A stretch of 51,010 nucleotides of DNA from Macrostomum lignano (Eukaryota): the NCBI GenBank assembly GCA_002269645.1, contig NIVC01001303.1, positions 1-51,010 of the forward strand. The letters are read 5' to 3'. The notes under the pieces were generated by a model that did no database searches, was not told the DNA's origin, and saw only the letters and a program-made list of their open reading frames with translations. The position numbers and the translations under genes were made by a program. Positions 38,786 through 51,010 of the stretch are shown in pieces. The number at the start of each line of letters is the position of its first letter. The stretch's first letter is position 1.

Positions 38786-39805
38786 AACAGTTTATCATTA
38801 AAAATGTGGTGCATACGAATAAATCAAGCCAGTGGACAATAAACTCATATATAAAGTTTTTAAGCTTAACTCTTTCAGAATCTGCTTAAGTTGCAAGCTA
38901 TGCTTAAAAATCATATTTTCATTTTTTTCTCTTGTTGATTCCTCAAACAGCTGCTACAAGCAGGGTTGGGACTTCCCGTGCCAGGTCAAAAACAATTCCT
39001 CCATGACTGACGGGAAACCAGCCCTGTGGAGGGGGACTGAAATTAGCCTAGAAGCAGCAATGGGGGGAGCTTTTTTAATTCACGCATTTTTTGCTTTGAC
39101 TCACCGAAACTTTCATCCGTCCGGACTTTTCCTGTCTTCTGCTCTTCTAGTAGAGTAGAAAAATCCATAATAGACAGGAATTGCAGAGTTGCGGTGCTGC
39201 TTATAAAAAGCAAGTATTGATGCAAAAACTGTTACCAGCCTCTGCTACAGTTAGCCAGCCTTTGTTGCCGAGAGGACTGCCGCCCTCCACCGCCCGCCTT
39301 TCCCTTTCACCCTCCATTCTCCCACCACCCGCTAGGCTGATGAAGCTCCCAGCCTCAGTCCAGCTGCCCGGCCACCCAATTAGTAAATTTCTGAGCGCTT
39401 AAGGCATTAACGGCGGGCGCTCATTAGCAGGTATTTAGGAAGCTGGGCTGCTCAGCAGGTGGGAATAGTTGAGCTCAAACCGCGGCTCTCAACTTGACTC
39501 CCATAGGGCTCTGTTGGTTACTGGGGTGCTTCAATAATTGCTTCTGCTGAGCTCCGCCTTTGTACCGAAATTCGTGTTGCCTGCAACAACTAACAGTCTT
39601 GTTCCATATTTTTGCTGGAGCTTGGGGCGTTTTTATGCTTTCTGTTTAGCTGAAATAACTTTTAGAATTGGAATTTGCAGCTTTCTATTGTGTTTTGCCA
39701 TTTCCTTGATTTCCTTGTGTTGCATGACTTGCTGAATGCTGAGTGGAGTGCATGCTTGGGTGGGACTGTAGAATACTCCCAGCCTGCTGGGTACACCACG
39801 GCTGC

Positions 39806-40114
<309 letters not shown>

Positions 40115-40983
40115 GCCGCACAGGGAGCACCGAAGCACGAACTATCCTCATTCGCCGTTCATTTCTTCCGCCATCAAATTAGTAGCATGCAGCCCCCCCC
40201 CCGCAGGCCCCCAGGGCACAGAGGCGGGGACGCAGGCCAGCAAACTGCTACCTGCCGCATTACTCACTGCTCACACTTGCTCTCTCGGTGTGGCTCGGCG
40301 TCTGTGTGTCATTCATTTACAAGCTTAAGCCTCGATCCCACTTCAGCACCTTGCTACCTCAATGCAGGGGATTAGGGTTGACACAATTTTTCCGAGCCGG
40401 GAAGAAATCCCATTAGAATCGAGACGTTTGTGTCAGATCCATCTGCAGGTATATAGAAAAGTTTTATCGGGGCCTTTAACTAACCCCCCTGTTTGTTGGT
40501 TGCTAGGACACTCACGGCTGCTTGTGAGCCAGAAAATTTATAGGGACAGCCGCAGAACGGAAGCTATAAAGACAAAAATTAACGCTAAAAACAAAGACCC
40601 CCCGCCCATAGCTGGCTGGGACAAAGACTGTTGACGCTAAAAACTCCAGGTGACATTTTCTGCATCAGTTGATCTCTTTCTCTCTCTCTCTCTCTCTCAT
40701 TTGCGTTTCACCGCCTATAGAATCGCCCCAGGGGCCACGTTGGTTGGTATTGGTGTATATATAGACTGACTGACAAACGCCTCCATTCCCCGTAGGCCAT
40801 TGTGCTGGCAAGGAGAACTCGGAGGCTTCGCCTTAATTGCAGTCCCAACGGATCTCGCGGCTTAATGCTTAATACTAATCAAAATAATACCACGTGGATG
40901 TTGGGAGACAAGCAAAAGGCATTGGGATTTTACAAAGATCCCCCTTCAGGCGGGGAGTGGAGCTAGATTTCGGTAAATACGTA

Positions 40984-40985
<2 letters not shown>

Positions 40986-41037
<52 letters not shown>
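40986..41037. repeat. (CA)n microsatellite
   Basis: Pure CA run. Confidence 0.95.
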
Positions 41038-41040
<3 letters not shown>

Positions 41041-41289
41041 GTCACCCAACACCTTCTAATGGAGAGATAAAGGCAGCCGGCAAACAGGTCGAGTGGCTTT
41101 GGTTTTGATGAAATCGAGTCCTTTTGATGAGTGAGAGGATGAAGTTCTGGAGCCTGTCAGCTTGATGGCGGTCTGGCCTGTGATCACATGCCCCGCCTGT
41201 ATGTGGCCATGAGGTTGAGTCTTGAGCGGTGAAACACGAGAGGTTGGAGGAAACTCAGCGAGGTGGCTAAAAAGTGGACAGAATGATGA

Positions 41290-41885
41290 GGGAAGTAGAC
41301 ACAAAGGGGAGAGAAGTAGATAGATGGAAGAGAAGTAGACACAAATAAGAGAGAAGTAGACGGATAGAACTGAAGTAGACACAAATGGGAGAGAAGTAGA
41401 CAGATGGAAGAGAAGTAGACACAAATGGGAGAGAAGAAGACACAGATAGAAGAGAAGTAGACACAAATGGGAGAGAAGTAGACACTAATGGGAAAGAAGT
41501 AGATAGATAGAAGAGAAGTAGACACAAATGGGAGAGAAGTAGATAGATAGAAGAGAAGTAGACACAAATGGGAGAGAAGTAGATAGATAGAAGAGAAGTA
41601 GACACAAATGGGAGAGAAGTAGATAGATAGAAGAGAAGTAGACACAAATGGGAGAGAAGTAGACACAAAGGGGAGAGAAGTAGACAGACGGAAGGGAAGT
41701 AGACACAAAGGGGAGAGAAGTAGACAGACGGAAGGGAAGTAGATACAAAGGGGAGAGAAGTAGACAGACGGAAGGGAAGTAGATACAAATGGGAGAGAAG
41801 TAGACGAATAGAAGAGAAGTAGATAGACACATATGGAGAGAAGTAGACACAGATAGAAGAGAAGTAGACACAGGGGAGAGAAGAG
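41290..41885. repeat. ~19-21-bp purine-rich minisatellite (GGGAGAGAAGTAGACACAAAT alternating with AGAAGAGAAGTAGATAGAT)
   Basis: Recurrent GAGAAGTAGA core with alternating variants. Confidence 0.92.
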
Positions 41886-42364
41886 AGTGGAGCAGGGAGT
41901 TGAAGGAGTAGAACTAAGAGTAAATCGAACACTCAGGAGATGCAGTGAGATGCAGCTGTTCTCACTCAATTCGCACTGCAGCAACGCCCTGAGCTCCATG
42001 AAGCCCCCTTCCCCTATGATTCTCTCAATTTCCGAAGCCTCGCCGAAGATCAAGTGCAGATAATTGAAGTCTCCGCGCACACACACAGATAAGAGAGCAT
42101 CTCGCATTGAACACTAAAAGTATGAAGGAGCTTCTCGCACTGCTCCCAGGCCAAGGCTTAGAAGAGCCGGCATCAAACTCTCATCAGGGCGCCAAGCCGC
42201 TGGCAGAATTGATAGCGCGTCGCCAGATAATCCGCTGCCATCGAATGCGAGATTATCCGAGTCCGGGTCCCGGCGGAATGGCCGGGATTAGCGCTGGATC
42301 TTCTTCTTTGTGGAAAGAAGACTACTGATGCGGGAGAGTCAACCTGCTTTGCTGCCAGGGTGTC

Positions 42365-42413
<49 letters not shown>

Positions 42414-42440
42414 GTGTCTGTCTGTGTGTCTGTCTGTCTA
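42365..42440. repeat. (CTGT)n microsatellite
   Basis: Direct inspection. Confidence 0.93.
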
Positions 42441-43424
42441 TCAGTATCTGTCTAAGTGTCTTTGTGTCTCAGCACTCATCTGTAAATGAGCTCTCATATT
42501 GAGGACACCCAGCTGTTCAACTGTTATCTCTGAATTGCAAGCCACCCACTTATAGAAACCTTGGTTACTCCTGTCAACTCTCTCTCTCTCCAACCAAGTT
42601 CATCCTTGACAGAATAAAAAACAGTCAACCCGAAGCACCAGGTGCGAGCGCTGCTCATAAAGCCCTTCACCTGGCGGGCGCATATTTTATAACCCCAAAA
42701 ACCGCCAGGTAAAAACCAGTGTGTGACGAGCCACTCCAAGCCATGTCTCTTCCCCATGCAGTCCTGCTCCGACCACCTTTGAGTCCCCATCTTAATGGCT
42801 TATCCTAATGCCCCTTTAAAAAAACATAATCCATATATCCAGCAAACCAACGCCCTTGATCCATCTCAGTCCTTGAAAAAATTCTGTAAAAAAATTTGCT
42901 TGAAGCCCTGGCATTGAGCATGTTGATAGAATTGGATTTATATAAAACTGACAACATATGCAGGTTTTTTTTAGAGGCTTCACTTTGATCAAGATCTGCC
43001 TGTCTGATTTTAGCCAAGTAAAGTAGCTGTTAACGAAAACTACACATGTTTGGCTTCAGCCTAATAAAGGATTGTCAAACTTCATTCTTCACGGATGCTT
43101 TTTTGAAACCCATTTCCTACGGTTGTCTTTGATCTTGTCGGCAGATCTTGCAACTATAATAAAAGAATTTGAAATTCGCAATAGCTTAGTCACATTTTTA
43201 TATCGTGTCAAATTCCCAATAAGATGCAGCCAGGGGTTAGTTGCCACACGGAACCAGAAATTCGTGTTTATAGGCCACTGCCCGGGAAGGCACCTCAACT
43301 GCGCCGATAAGAATCGGGCATGCCCGCCGGTTTGAAAAATTCCAAGGCAGCGTTCGGGTTGGGTCAGTGGGCTAAAGGTCAACTTATGCCTAGATTCCTA
43401 AAATATGGATTTCTTTAGTGTTGG

Positions 43425-43865
43425 GGAAGTTTAGGGTTTGTGTGAAGTTTAGGGTTTGTGTGAAGTTTAGGGTTTGTGTGAAGTTTAGGGTCTGTGTGAA
43501 GTTTAGGGTTTGTGTGAAGTTTAGGGTCTGTGTGAAGTTTAGGTTTGTGTGAAGTTTAGGGTCTGTGTGAAGTTTAGGTTTGTGTGAAGTTTAGGTTTGT
43601 GTGAAGTTTAGGGTCTGTGTGAAGTTTAGGGTCTGTGTGAAGTTTAGGGTCTGTGTGAAGTTTAGGGTCTGTGTGAAGTTTAGGGTTTGTGTGAAGTTTA
43701 GGGTCTGTGTGAAGTTTAGGTTTGTGTGAAGTTTAGGGTCTGTGTGAAGTTTAGGTTTGTGTGAAGTTTAGGTTTGTGTGAAGTTTAGGGTCTGTGTGAA
43801 GTTTATGGTTTTTGTGAAGTTTAGGGTTTGTGTGAAGTTCAGGATTTGTGTGAAGTTCAGAGTTA
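43425..43865. repeat. 18-bp minisatellite containing TTAGGG (GAAGTTTAGGGTYTGTGT)
   Basis: About 24 units; GAAG at 43444 and 43462 gives period 18. Confidence 0.95.
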
Positions 43866-44621
43866 GTGAGTTTTGGCAGTGAGTGCCAAAATATTAAAAG
43901 AAACTTTCTGCATCTCGGCTTCCTGATGCCTGCATGGTTCCCCTCGGCCAGGACCCGAGGGTCCAGAGTCGGTTACGTAACTTCGCGCGCAGGTCACCGC
44001 CATCTGCTTAAACTCCCGCATAGTGGCCAGGGTGAAAACTCAGCAGCCGCATACAGAGGCGGGCGACTGCTCGTTCGAGGTCAAGAAGCATCCGAGAGTC
44101 TATAAGATGAGGAGCAGAAGAAGCTGGCCTAACCATCCTCATCTTTTCAATAATTTTGCGTGCGCAGTCGTGCTTTGAGTGGGGTCGGGCAATCAACCCA
44201 GCTCACATAGTCAGTGTTTTTCCGCGCGCTCATTAAAATGCTACAGCTTAGGCCGTGACCCTCGAATTTCCCCATCCGGGATCTGATCTGAATGGCCGAT
44301 CCAGTTCCGGGTTGTCCAGTTGCTAAGTCGAGATTTTCCTTCTACATTTTAGTTCCTTACCGACATTCTGGATCAAAATGCGAAGCATATTTTCGGGGTT
44401 ATCACTGCGTGCCGTGTCCTCTGGCTGAACGATTAAGAAACAAAACACGCACAGAGAGACTTTGACCCCAAGAGAAAAAATATATAGAAATTGATTACGC
44501 AATAGTTGGGTAACTGGGAAAAGATAGCCTGTTTAGCTTTTGCCTGACCAAAACATTGGGACGGCAACTGAAACCGGAAATTTATGCTCTATACAGTGTG
44601 GCTAAAATTTTTTTTCTACAA

Positions 44622-45030
44622 TAAGCGCCAAGTATTTTCTACGATTAGCGCCAAATATTTTCTGCAATTAGCGCCAAGTATTTTCTACGATTAGCGCCAA
44701 ATCTTTTCTGCCAATAGCGCCGAATATTTGCTGCAATTAGCGCCAAATCTTTTCTACGAATAGCGCCGCATATTTGCTGCAATTAGCGCCAAATCTTTTC
44801 TACGAATAGCGCCGAATATTTGCTGCAATTAGCGCTAAATCTTTTCTACAAATAGCGCCGAATATTTGCTGCAATTAGCGCCAATTATTTGCTGAAATTA
44901 GCGCCAAATTTTTTCTACAATTAGCGGCAACTTAGCACCAAGAATTTTCTGTAATTTGCGCCAAAATAATTTTTTTTAAACTTGGTGCCAAATATTGTCT
45001 GCAATGAGTGCCAAATATTTTCTACAATTA
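44622..45030. repeat. ~23-bp degenerate minisatellite (ATTAGCGCCAAATATTTTCTGCA), partly as alternating dimers
   Basis: Repeated TAGCGCC(A/G)AAT..TTT.CT units. Confidence 0.88.
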
Positions 45031-45718
45031 GCTCAAAATTGTTTATTCAAGGGGGCCCTGCTTAATCCCAAGAGCTCCACTTAATCTCAGGAAATTATCA
45101 CGACTCAAGACTAGGCTTACTGTTTCTCTCAGGGTAAAAAAGTGTCTAATTATTTCAAAAAAAGTCAGGCGCTAAAGTTGGGCCCATCCGACTTTGATTG
45201 ATTGATTGGCCGTCCCGAACTCTCCAGTCTCCTCGATTCGGCTTCCCCTCTTCCCCGTCTTGATCTTCCGTCTCAAACTTGTTGCTCGTCGAGTGATTAA
45301 AGCTTCTCGTGGAGCTTAGGGGATCCTGCCCGAGGCAGCCTCACAGCAGCGAGTTTGTATTGTGTATAAATACACATAACTAACGTTGCGTTCCCTCCAA
45401 CGATCCATCATCTTTTTTTGGACTCAAACTGCTCAAAGCTGCCAGTGAGTTTGGAGCATCATCAGTCAGTCAGCCTCCTCAATGCCTACCCAATTGGGGG
45501 CGGCCTACGAACTGGGCCCCCCACCCCACTCCGCCCTGTGAAGCCCACCCAATGGAACTGCAGGCTACAAAAGCAGAAAACACGCATAATAGACCAGCTG
45601 ATTGCTGCTACTAGGGGGAGGCTGTGCTGCCACTCTATCGATGCAGTCAAGACGAGAAAGTCAGTTAGAAATCTTCAAACGCACTGTAAAACCATAATAA
45701 AAAACATATTTCCCTCAG

Positions 45719-46846
45719 GCAACACTCGCAACCAAAGATGAAGCGGCTTGTCTGCTTCTTTTTCAAGTCTTGCTTGCTTTGCTTCAAGCCAGCCGCCAAG
45801 TCGACAGTCTGGAGACACCATGGCATGCCTACAGCATCAGCGAGGAGGTCGCTCCGCCGAAGACGATCGGCAACCTGCTGACCGACATCCGGCAGTTCAG
45901 CCGATGGAACGATACCTTTCGCAGAAGCCTGAGCTTCAACCTGGTCAAGAGCAACAAGCAGCTGGGCCGCCTGCTGTCGGTGAATCGCCGGGCCGACCTG
46001 GTGCTCAACGGCCGCCTGGATCGCGAGGCTGTCTGCGACGGGCTAGCCGCGTGCACCGACCAGCTGCAGTACTCGGTCATGGCCGGCTCCGCCTTCGTGA
46101 CTCTCGTCAACCTCAACCTGACCGTCTTGGACATCAACGACAATCCGCCCGTGTTTGTCCCGGCCGACGGTCACTCGGTCAGCATCCTGGAGCCCGGCAT
46201 TGTCGGCGAGGTGTTCCGCCTGCGGGCGGCCAGCGACCGCGACTCCCCGGCCAACGGTGTCCAGCCGGACGGCTACCAGCTCGTGTCCGGCGACGGCTCT
46301 GTTGGTCGAGTCTTCGAGCTGGTGACCGGCGAGGATCCGCCGAGGATCCGGCTGCTGCAGCCGCTCGACCGCGAGCGTCAGAGCGTCTACGCGCTGCAGC
46401 TGCGGGCCGTCGACTCCGGCAGCCCCGCCAACACCGGCACCCTCAGCCTGACCGTCAGCGTCCTCGACGATAACGACAGCCCGCCGGTGATCCAGAGCGG
46501 CTGCTCCGACGTCACCAGAGATGAGGACACCTCAGTCGGCTCCGTGTTGACCAGAATCGACGCCAAGGACGCCGACATCGGCGAGAACGCCCGGCTTGTG
46601 TACAGCCTGACCGTCGGCATCGAGCGGCGCGGTCGCGACTTCAGCGCCGCTGACGAAGCCGCCTATTTGGCCACCTTCGAGTTGAACTCGGCGGACGGAA
46701 CGTTGAAACTCGCTCGGCAGCTCGACTACGAGAGCGTCACGGCCTTCCGGCTGACGGTGCTAGTGAAGGACGCCGGACAGAGGCCGCTGTCGGCTGAGTG
46801 CTCGCTGCGCGTCCTGGTGAAGGATGTCAACGATAACAAGCCGGCG
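45719..46846 (+). CDS. Protocadherin exon: signal-peptide-like segment plus cadherin repeats EC1-EC3
   Basis: Acceptor TTTCCCTCAG at 45718 and donor GCG|GTGAGT at 46847. Hydrophobic LLLFQVLLALLQA, then SISEE, LDREAVC..C, DINDNPP, ASDRDSPANG, LDRE, DDNDSPP, AKDADIGEN, LDYE, DVNDNKP. Confidence 0.93.
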
Positions 46847-46879
46847 GTGAGTTGCTGAGGCCTGCCAGATGCAGTTTTG

Positions 46880-47198
46880 GTAGGGTGTCAGAGTGTCTAG
46901 TAGGGTGTCAGAGTCTCTAGTAGGGTGTCAGAGTCTCTAGTAGGGTATCAGTGTCTTTAGTAGGGTGTCAGAGTCTCTAGTAGGGTGTCAGTGTCTTTAG
47001 TAGGGTGTCAGTGTCTTTAGTAGGGTATCAGTGTCTCTAGTAGGGTGTCAGTGTCTTTAGTAGGGTGTCAGTATCTTTAGTAGGGTGTCAGTGTCTTTAG
47101 TAGGGTGTCAGTGTCTTTAGTAGGGTGTCAGGGTCTCTAGTAGGGTGTCAGTGTCTTTAGTAGGGTGTCAGTATCTTTAGTAGGGTGTCAGTGTCTTT
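46880..47198. repeat. 20-bp minisatellite (TAGGGTGTCAGTGTCTTTAG) in the protocadherin intron, with a degenerate extension to ~47500
   Basis: About 16 units immediately after the donor site. Confidence 0.95.
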
Positions 47199-47551
47199 AT
47201 TAAAGTTTCGGAAGGTTGTTAGTGTCGTTAAAACTACCGGTACATCAGTGTTTTTTAAATCGTGTCAGGGTGTCAGGTGTCAGATCTCTAAAAGGATGCC
47301 AGGTTGTCAGAACTCTAGAAGGATGTTAGGGTGTCAAATACACCTTTAGAAGGATGTCAGATCTCTAGATAGAAGGGTGTCATGGTGTCAAGATCTCTGG
47401 AAGGATGTCAGCGTGTCAGATTTCTAGAGGGATACAAGGGTTTTTTTGTAGTATGTAGAGTCTACAGACTATTAAGACCTCTAGAGTGGAGTCTCTAGAG
47501 ACAACACGTCAAACTGCTGGAGTCATTCGCTCTCCCGACCCGCGCCTCCAG

Positions 47552-49210
47552 GTGACAGTCTATGGCATCAAAGGCTTCGCCAGCCCAGTGGAGATTACCG
47601 AGTCCGATCTGCCCAACCGGCCGTTCGCGCTGATGTCCGTGGAGGACAAGGACGCCGGTGAGGCCGGCCAGGTCACCTGCGTGGCGCTGCAGCCGGACCT
47701 GCAGATGCGCCAGCAGGACGCCAAGTCCTACGTTTTGAGCACCTCGTCCGTGTTTGACCGCGAGAAGCTGGCCTGGAAGCTGTGGACGGTGCGTTGTCAG
47801 GACAACGGCGCGCCGCCCCAGCTCACGGAGCTGCTGGTGAACGCCACCATCCTTGACCAGAACGACAACCCGCCCAAGTTCAACTGGAGCCAGGACCGCA
47901 TCAACATCCAGGAGGGCGGCCCGGCGGTAGCTTCATCTTAAGCATGCCAGCCTCCGACGATGACGAGGGGAGAATTCGCGAATCAGCTATTGGCTGGAGC
48001 CGCCCGAGATCGAGCGGTTCTTCCGGGTGCTGAGCAACGGCACCATCGTGGCCGCCAGCCTGCTGGACGCGAGACCCAGGAGTCCTACAGCTTCAGCATC
48101 GTGGCCGCCGACAACGGCACTCCCCGCCGATCGACCAGCCTGTCGATTTTCATCAGCCTTAGCGACATCAACGACTGCGCGCCGACCTTCGACGATCCGG
48201 CAAAGCTGCACTTCACCGTCTCCGAGGGCGCGCAGATCGGCGACCTGGTCGGCAAGGTGAACGCCACTGACAGGGACGCCGGCCAGAACGGCCAGCTGGT
48301 GTACACGCCCCCACCGAAGGCAACGCGGCTGCCAGGGCCTTCCGGGTTGAGCGCGACGGCCGAATCTACGTGGCCCAGCGGCTGGACCGGGAGGCGCAGG
48401 ACCGCTACTTCATCCGTGTGGTGGCCACCGACGGCGGCACGCCGCAGCTCAACGGCAGCGCCACGATCTCCATCACGGTCGAGGACATCAACGACAACGC
48501 GCCGGAGATCCGCTGGCCCAGCCTGATAAACCACACCGCCAGCTTGTCCTACCTCAGCCGGCCGAACTCGATCGTCTGCAACATCGATGCCATCGACAAC
48601 GACCTCGACAGGAACGCCCGGCTGGTGTTCAGCCTCCGGCAGCAGGGCGGAGCCGACCGCGGCGCCGAGCTGTTTGGCGTCAAACCCGACAGCGGCGGCG
48701 TGTTCGTCAGGCACCGGATGGCGAAGTCCGACATCGGCCGGTACGAACTGCAGGTGCAGGTGAGCGACTCTGGCGAGCCGTCCATGACCCGCACGGCTCG
48801 CCTGGTGCTGCTGGTGGACGACTCGCCCGATCCGGCCACGGCGTCCGGGCTGTCGGCCAGCGAGATGAACTTCCTGCTGATTGTGATCATCTGCTCGGTG
48901 ACGTTCGTGCTGTCCTGCATCCTCATGGCCTCCATCTGGCACACGAGGCGACGCCTGGGCGCCGCGGCCGGCAGCAACCGGCTGTACTCGAACGGAGGCG
49001 GCCGGCCCGGCGGTCGCGGCAAGTCCGCAGCCGCAGCCGCCATCGCCGGAGACGACGAGGCGTCTGGCGAGCATCAGGCGAAGTCGCCGATGGCGCCCTC
49101 CGCGGCCCGCCGACCATCTGCCGTTGGAGGCGCTTGACGGCCGGCTGAAAATGTCGCACGCGTCGCTGTACTCGCGCAGCGACTGCATCGTGCCGCTTCA
49201 TCACTGCCAC
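47552..49210 (+). CDS. Protocadherin exon: EC4-EC7, transmembrane helix and start of cytoplasmic tail (5 apparent single-base frameshifts)
   Basis: Acceptor CCTCCAG|GTG in phase 0 and likely donor CAC|GTGAGT at 49211. Frame-corrected translation gives VEDKDAGE/FDRE/DQNDNPP, ASDDDEGEN/LDRE/DINDCAP, ATDRDAGQNG/LDRE/DINDNAP, AIDNDLDRNA/VSDSGEP, then TM FLLIVIICSVTFVLSCILMASIW. Confidence 0.85.
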
Positions 49211-49217
49211 GTGAGTC

Positions 49218-49340
49218 TGGAGAGGCACTCTGAGAGGCACTCTGAGAGGCACTCTGAGATGCACTCAAATAGTCACTCTGGGAGGCACTTTGGGAGGCAC
49301 TCTGAGAGGCATTCTGGGAGGCACTCTGGTAATCACTCTC
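49218..49340. repeat. 12-bp repeat (GAGGCACTCTGA) at the start of the putative next intron
   Basis: About 9 partly degenerate units; translates as ERHS repeats. Confidence 0.85.
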
Positions 49341-50034
49341 GGAATCAATAGAGAGTCACAATGAGAAGCACTCCTAATATGAGATTCACTCTACCCTCTG
49401 ATCTCACTCTGTTGTCTGTCTCGCAACAGTGCAACCTCAGGACTCTCCAGACACCCGCCTCCCTACATCATCCACCAAAATGTTCTGGTGAGACCTATAG
49501 AATAAAAAGTTGTGACGCAGATCCGCCTGAGAAGTCATCGTCAGCCCTGGACAGGTGATCGGGGATCAAGGATTAAGGAATGGGAGACTTGGCGAATTCC
49601 ATTGGCCGAAATTGCATCGAATCTTCTGCAAGTCGGCTGAGTCACAGATCATTTTTCTGCAGATCTTTAATCCCTAAGATATGAGATTAGCGGGACACCT
49701 GAGGTTGTGCCAGTCGGCCACCGGAGTGACCTCTTGACCCGGCGAGTTTGAAAATAAAAATCGATACGGCGTCTTTCATCTCTTTTGAAATGAAATCCCT
49801 CTGCTAAAGAAGATTATCTGATGACTTTTACGGCCTGACTATCAGCTTCATCTCATGCTGTCACTCGAGATCCTTGAGTATTTCGGCGTATTTTTTTACC
49901 AGAAAAGCCATAAAATTCCTGTGCCATTGATAGCGAATGTGCTCAAGCTGTAGCCTAGCAACTAGCAAACAGGAGACGAGGAAGTCAGCCAATATCTGCA
50001 CCGATACGGAAACTGGATGTACGATTCTGTCTTA

Positions 50035-50035
50035 G

Positions 50036-50120
<85 letters not shown>

Positions 50121-50130
50121 GATTGTCTGA

Positions 50131-50222
<92 letters not shown>

Positions 50223-50248
50223 GTGTCTGTCTGTCTGTCTGTCTGTCT

Positions 50249-50323
<75 letters not shown>

Positions 50324-50362
50324 GCGTGTCTGTCTGTCTGTCTTTCTGTCTGTCTGTCTGTC

Positions 50363-50397
<35 letters not shown>

Positions 50398-50418
50398 TAG
50401 TGTCTGTCTGTCTGTCTT

Positions 50419-50475
<57 letters not shown>

Positions 50476-50520
50476 GTTGTCTGTCTGTTTGTCTGTCTGT
50501 CTGTCTTCTGTCTGTCTTAG

Positions 50521-50611
<91 letters not shown>

Positions 50612-50647
50612 TTTCTGTCTGTCTGTCTGTGTCTGTCTGTCTGTCTT

Positions 50648-50686
<39 letters not shown>

Positions 50687-50689
50687 TAG

Positions 50690-50730
<41 letters not shown>

Positions 50731-50762
50731 TAGTGTTCTGTCTGTCTGTCTGTCTGTCTGTC

Positions 50763-50835
<73 letters not shown>

Positions 50836-50837
50836 GC

Positions 50838-50893
<56 letters not shown>

Positions 50894-50918
50894 GCGTCTG
50901 TCTGTCTGTCTGTCTGCG

Positions 50919-50987
<69 letters not shown>

Positions 50988-51010
50988 GTCTGTCTGTCTG
51001 TCTGTCTGTC
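50035..51010. repeat. (CTGT)n microsatellite running to window end
   Basis: About 1 kb, near pure. Confidence 0.98.

Noticed and set aside
41056-42328. Non-repetitive ORF fragments flanking the 21-bp array
   Set aside because: No recognisable motifs, and most of the ORF length comes from the repeat.
48085-49188. 367-aa minus-strand ORF and other antisense ORFs over the cadherin and macoilin exons
   Set aside because: These are shadow ORFs of GC3-rich sense exons with no independent homology signal.
49211-49351. ERHS-repeat C-terminus as part of the protocadherin protein
   Set aside because: It begins exactly at a consensus GTGAGT donor and is a 12-bp tandem repeat, matching the intron-start pattern seen elsewhere in the window.

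Overview
This is eukaryotic, intron-containing genomic DNA, not prokaryotic. GC-rich exons, AT-rich spacers and very dense mini/microsatellites suggest an invertebrate such as a Macrostomum-like flatworm (taxon is inference only). Two protein-coding genes are supported, both on +. (1) A complete 7-exon macoilin (MACO1/TMEM57) gene, 2903-13921, reconstructs to 2004 nt / 667 aa with GT-AG junctions and matching phases. Introns 2-6 are each filled by their own minisatellite. Intron 1 is AT-rich and carries a nested TIR element and a long palindrome. (2) A 7-cadherin-repeat, single-TM protocadherin (delta1-like architecture), ~45719-49210, whose cytoplasmic tail probably continues past a donor at 49211. 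It carries 5-6 single-base frameshifts that look like sequencing errors. A tRNA-derived SINE with a target-site duplication lies at ~988-1283. The ~31 kb between the genes has no recognisable coding exon and is a mosaic of about 25 tandem arrays. Almost all long ORFs in the supplied track are translations of these repeats. I found no CRISPR array, intact transposase/RT or clearly novel multi-gene system. The most unusual signals are the repeat architecture (shared cores, an array-to-array transition, a telomere-like unit) and small non-autonomous mobile elements. Array coordinates are approximate.
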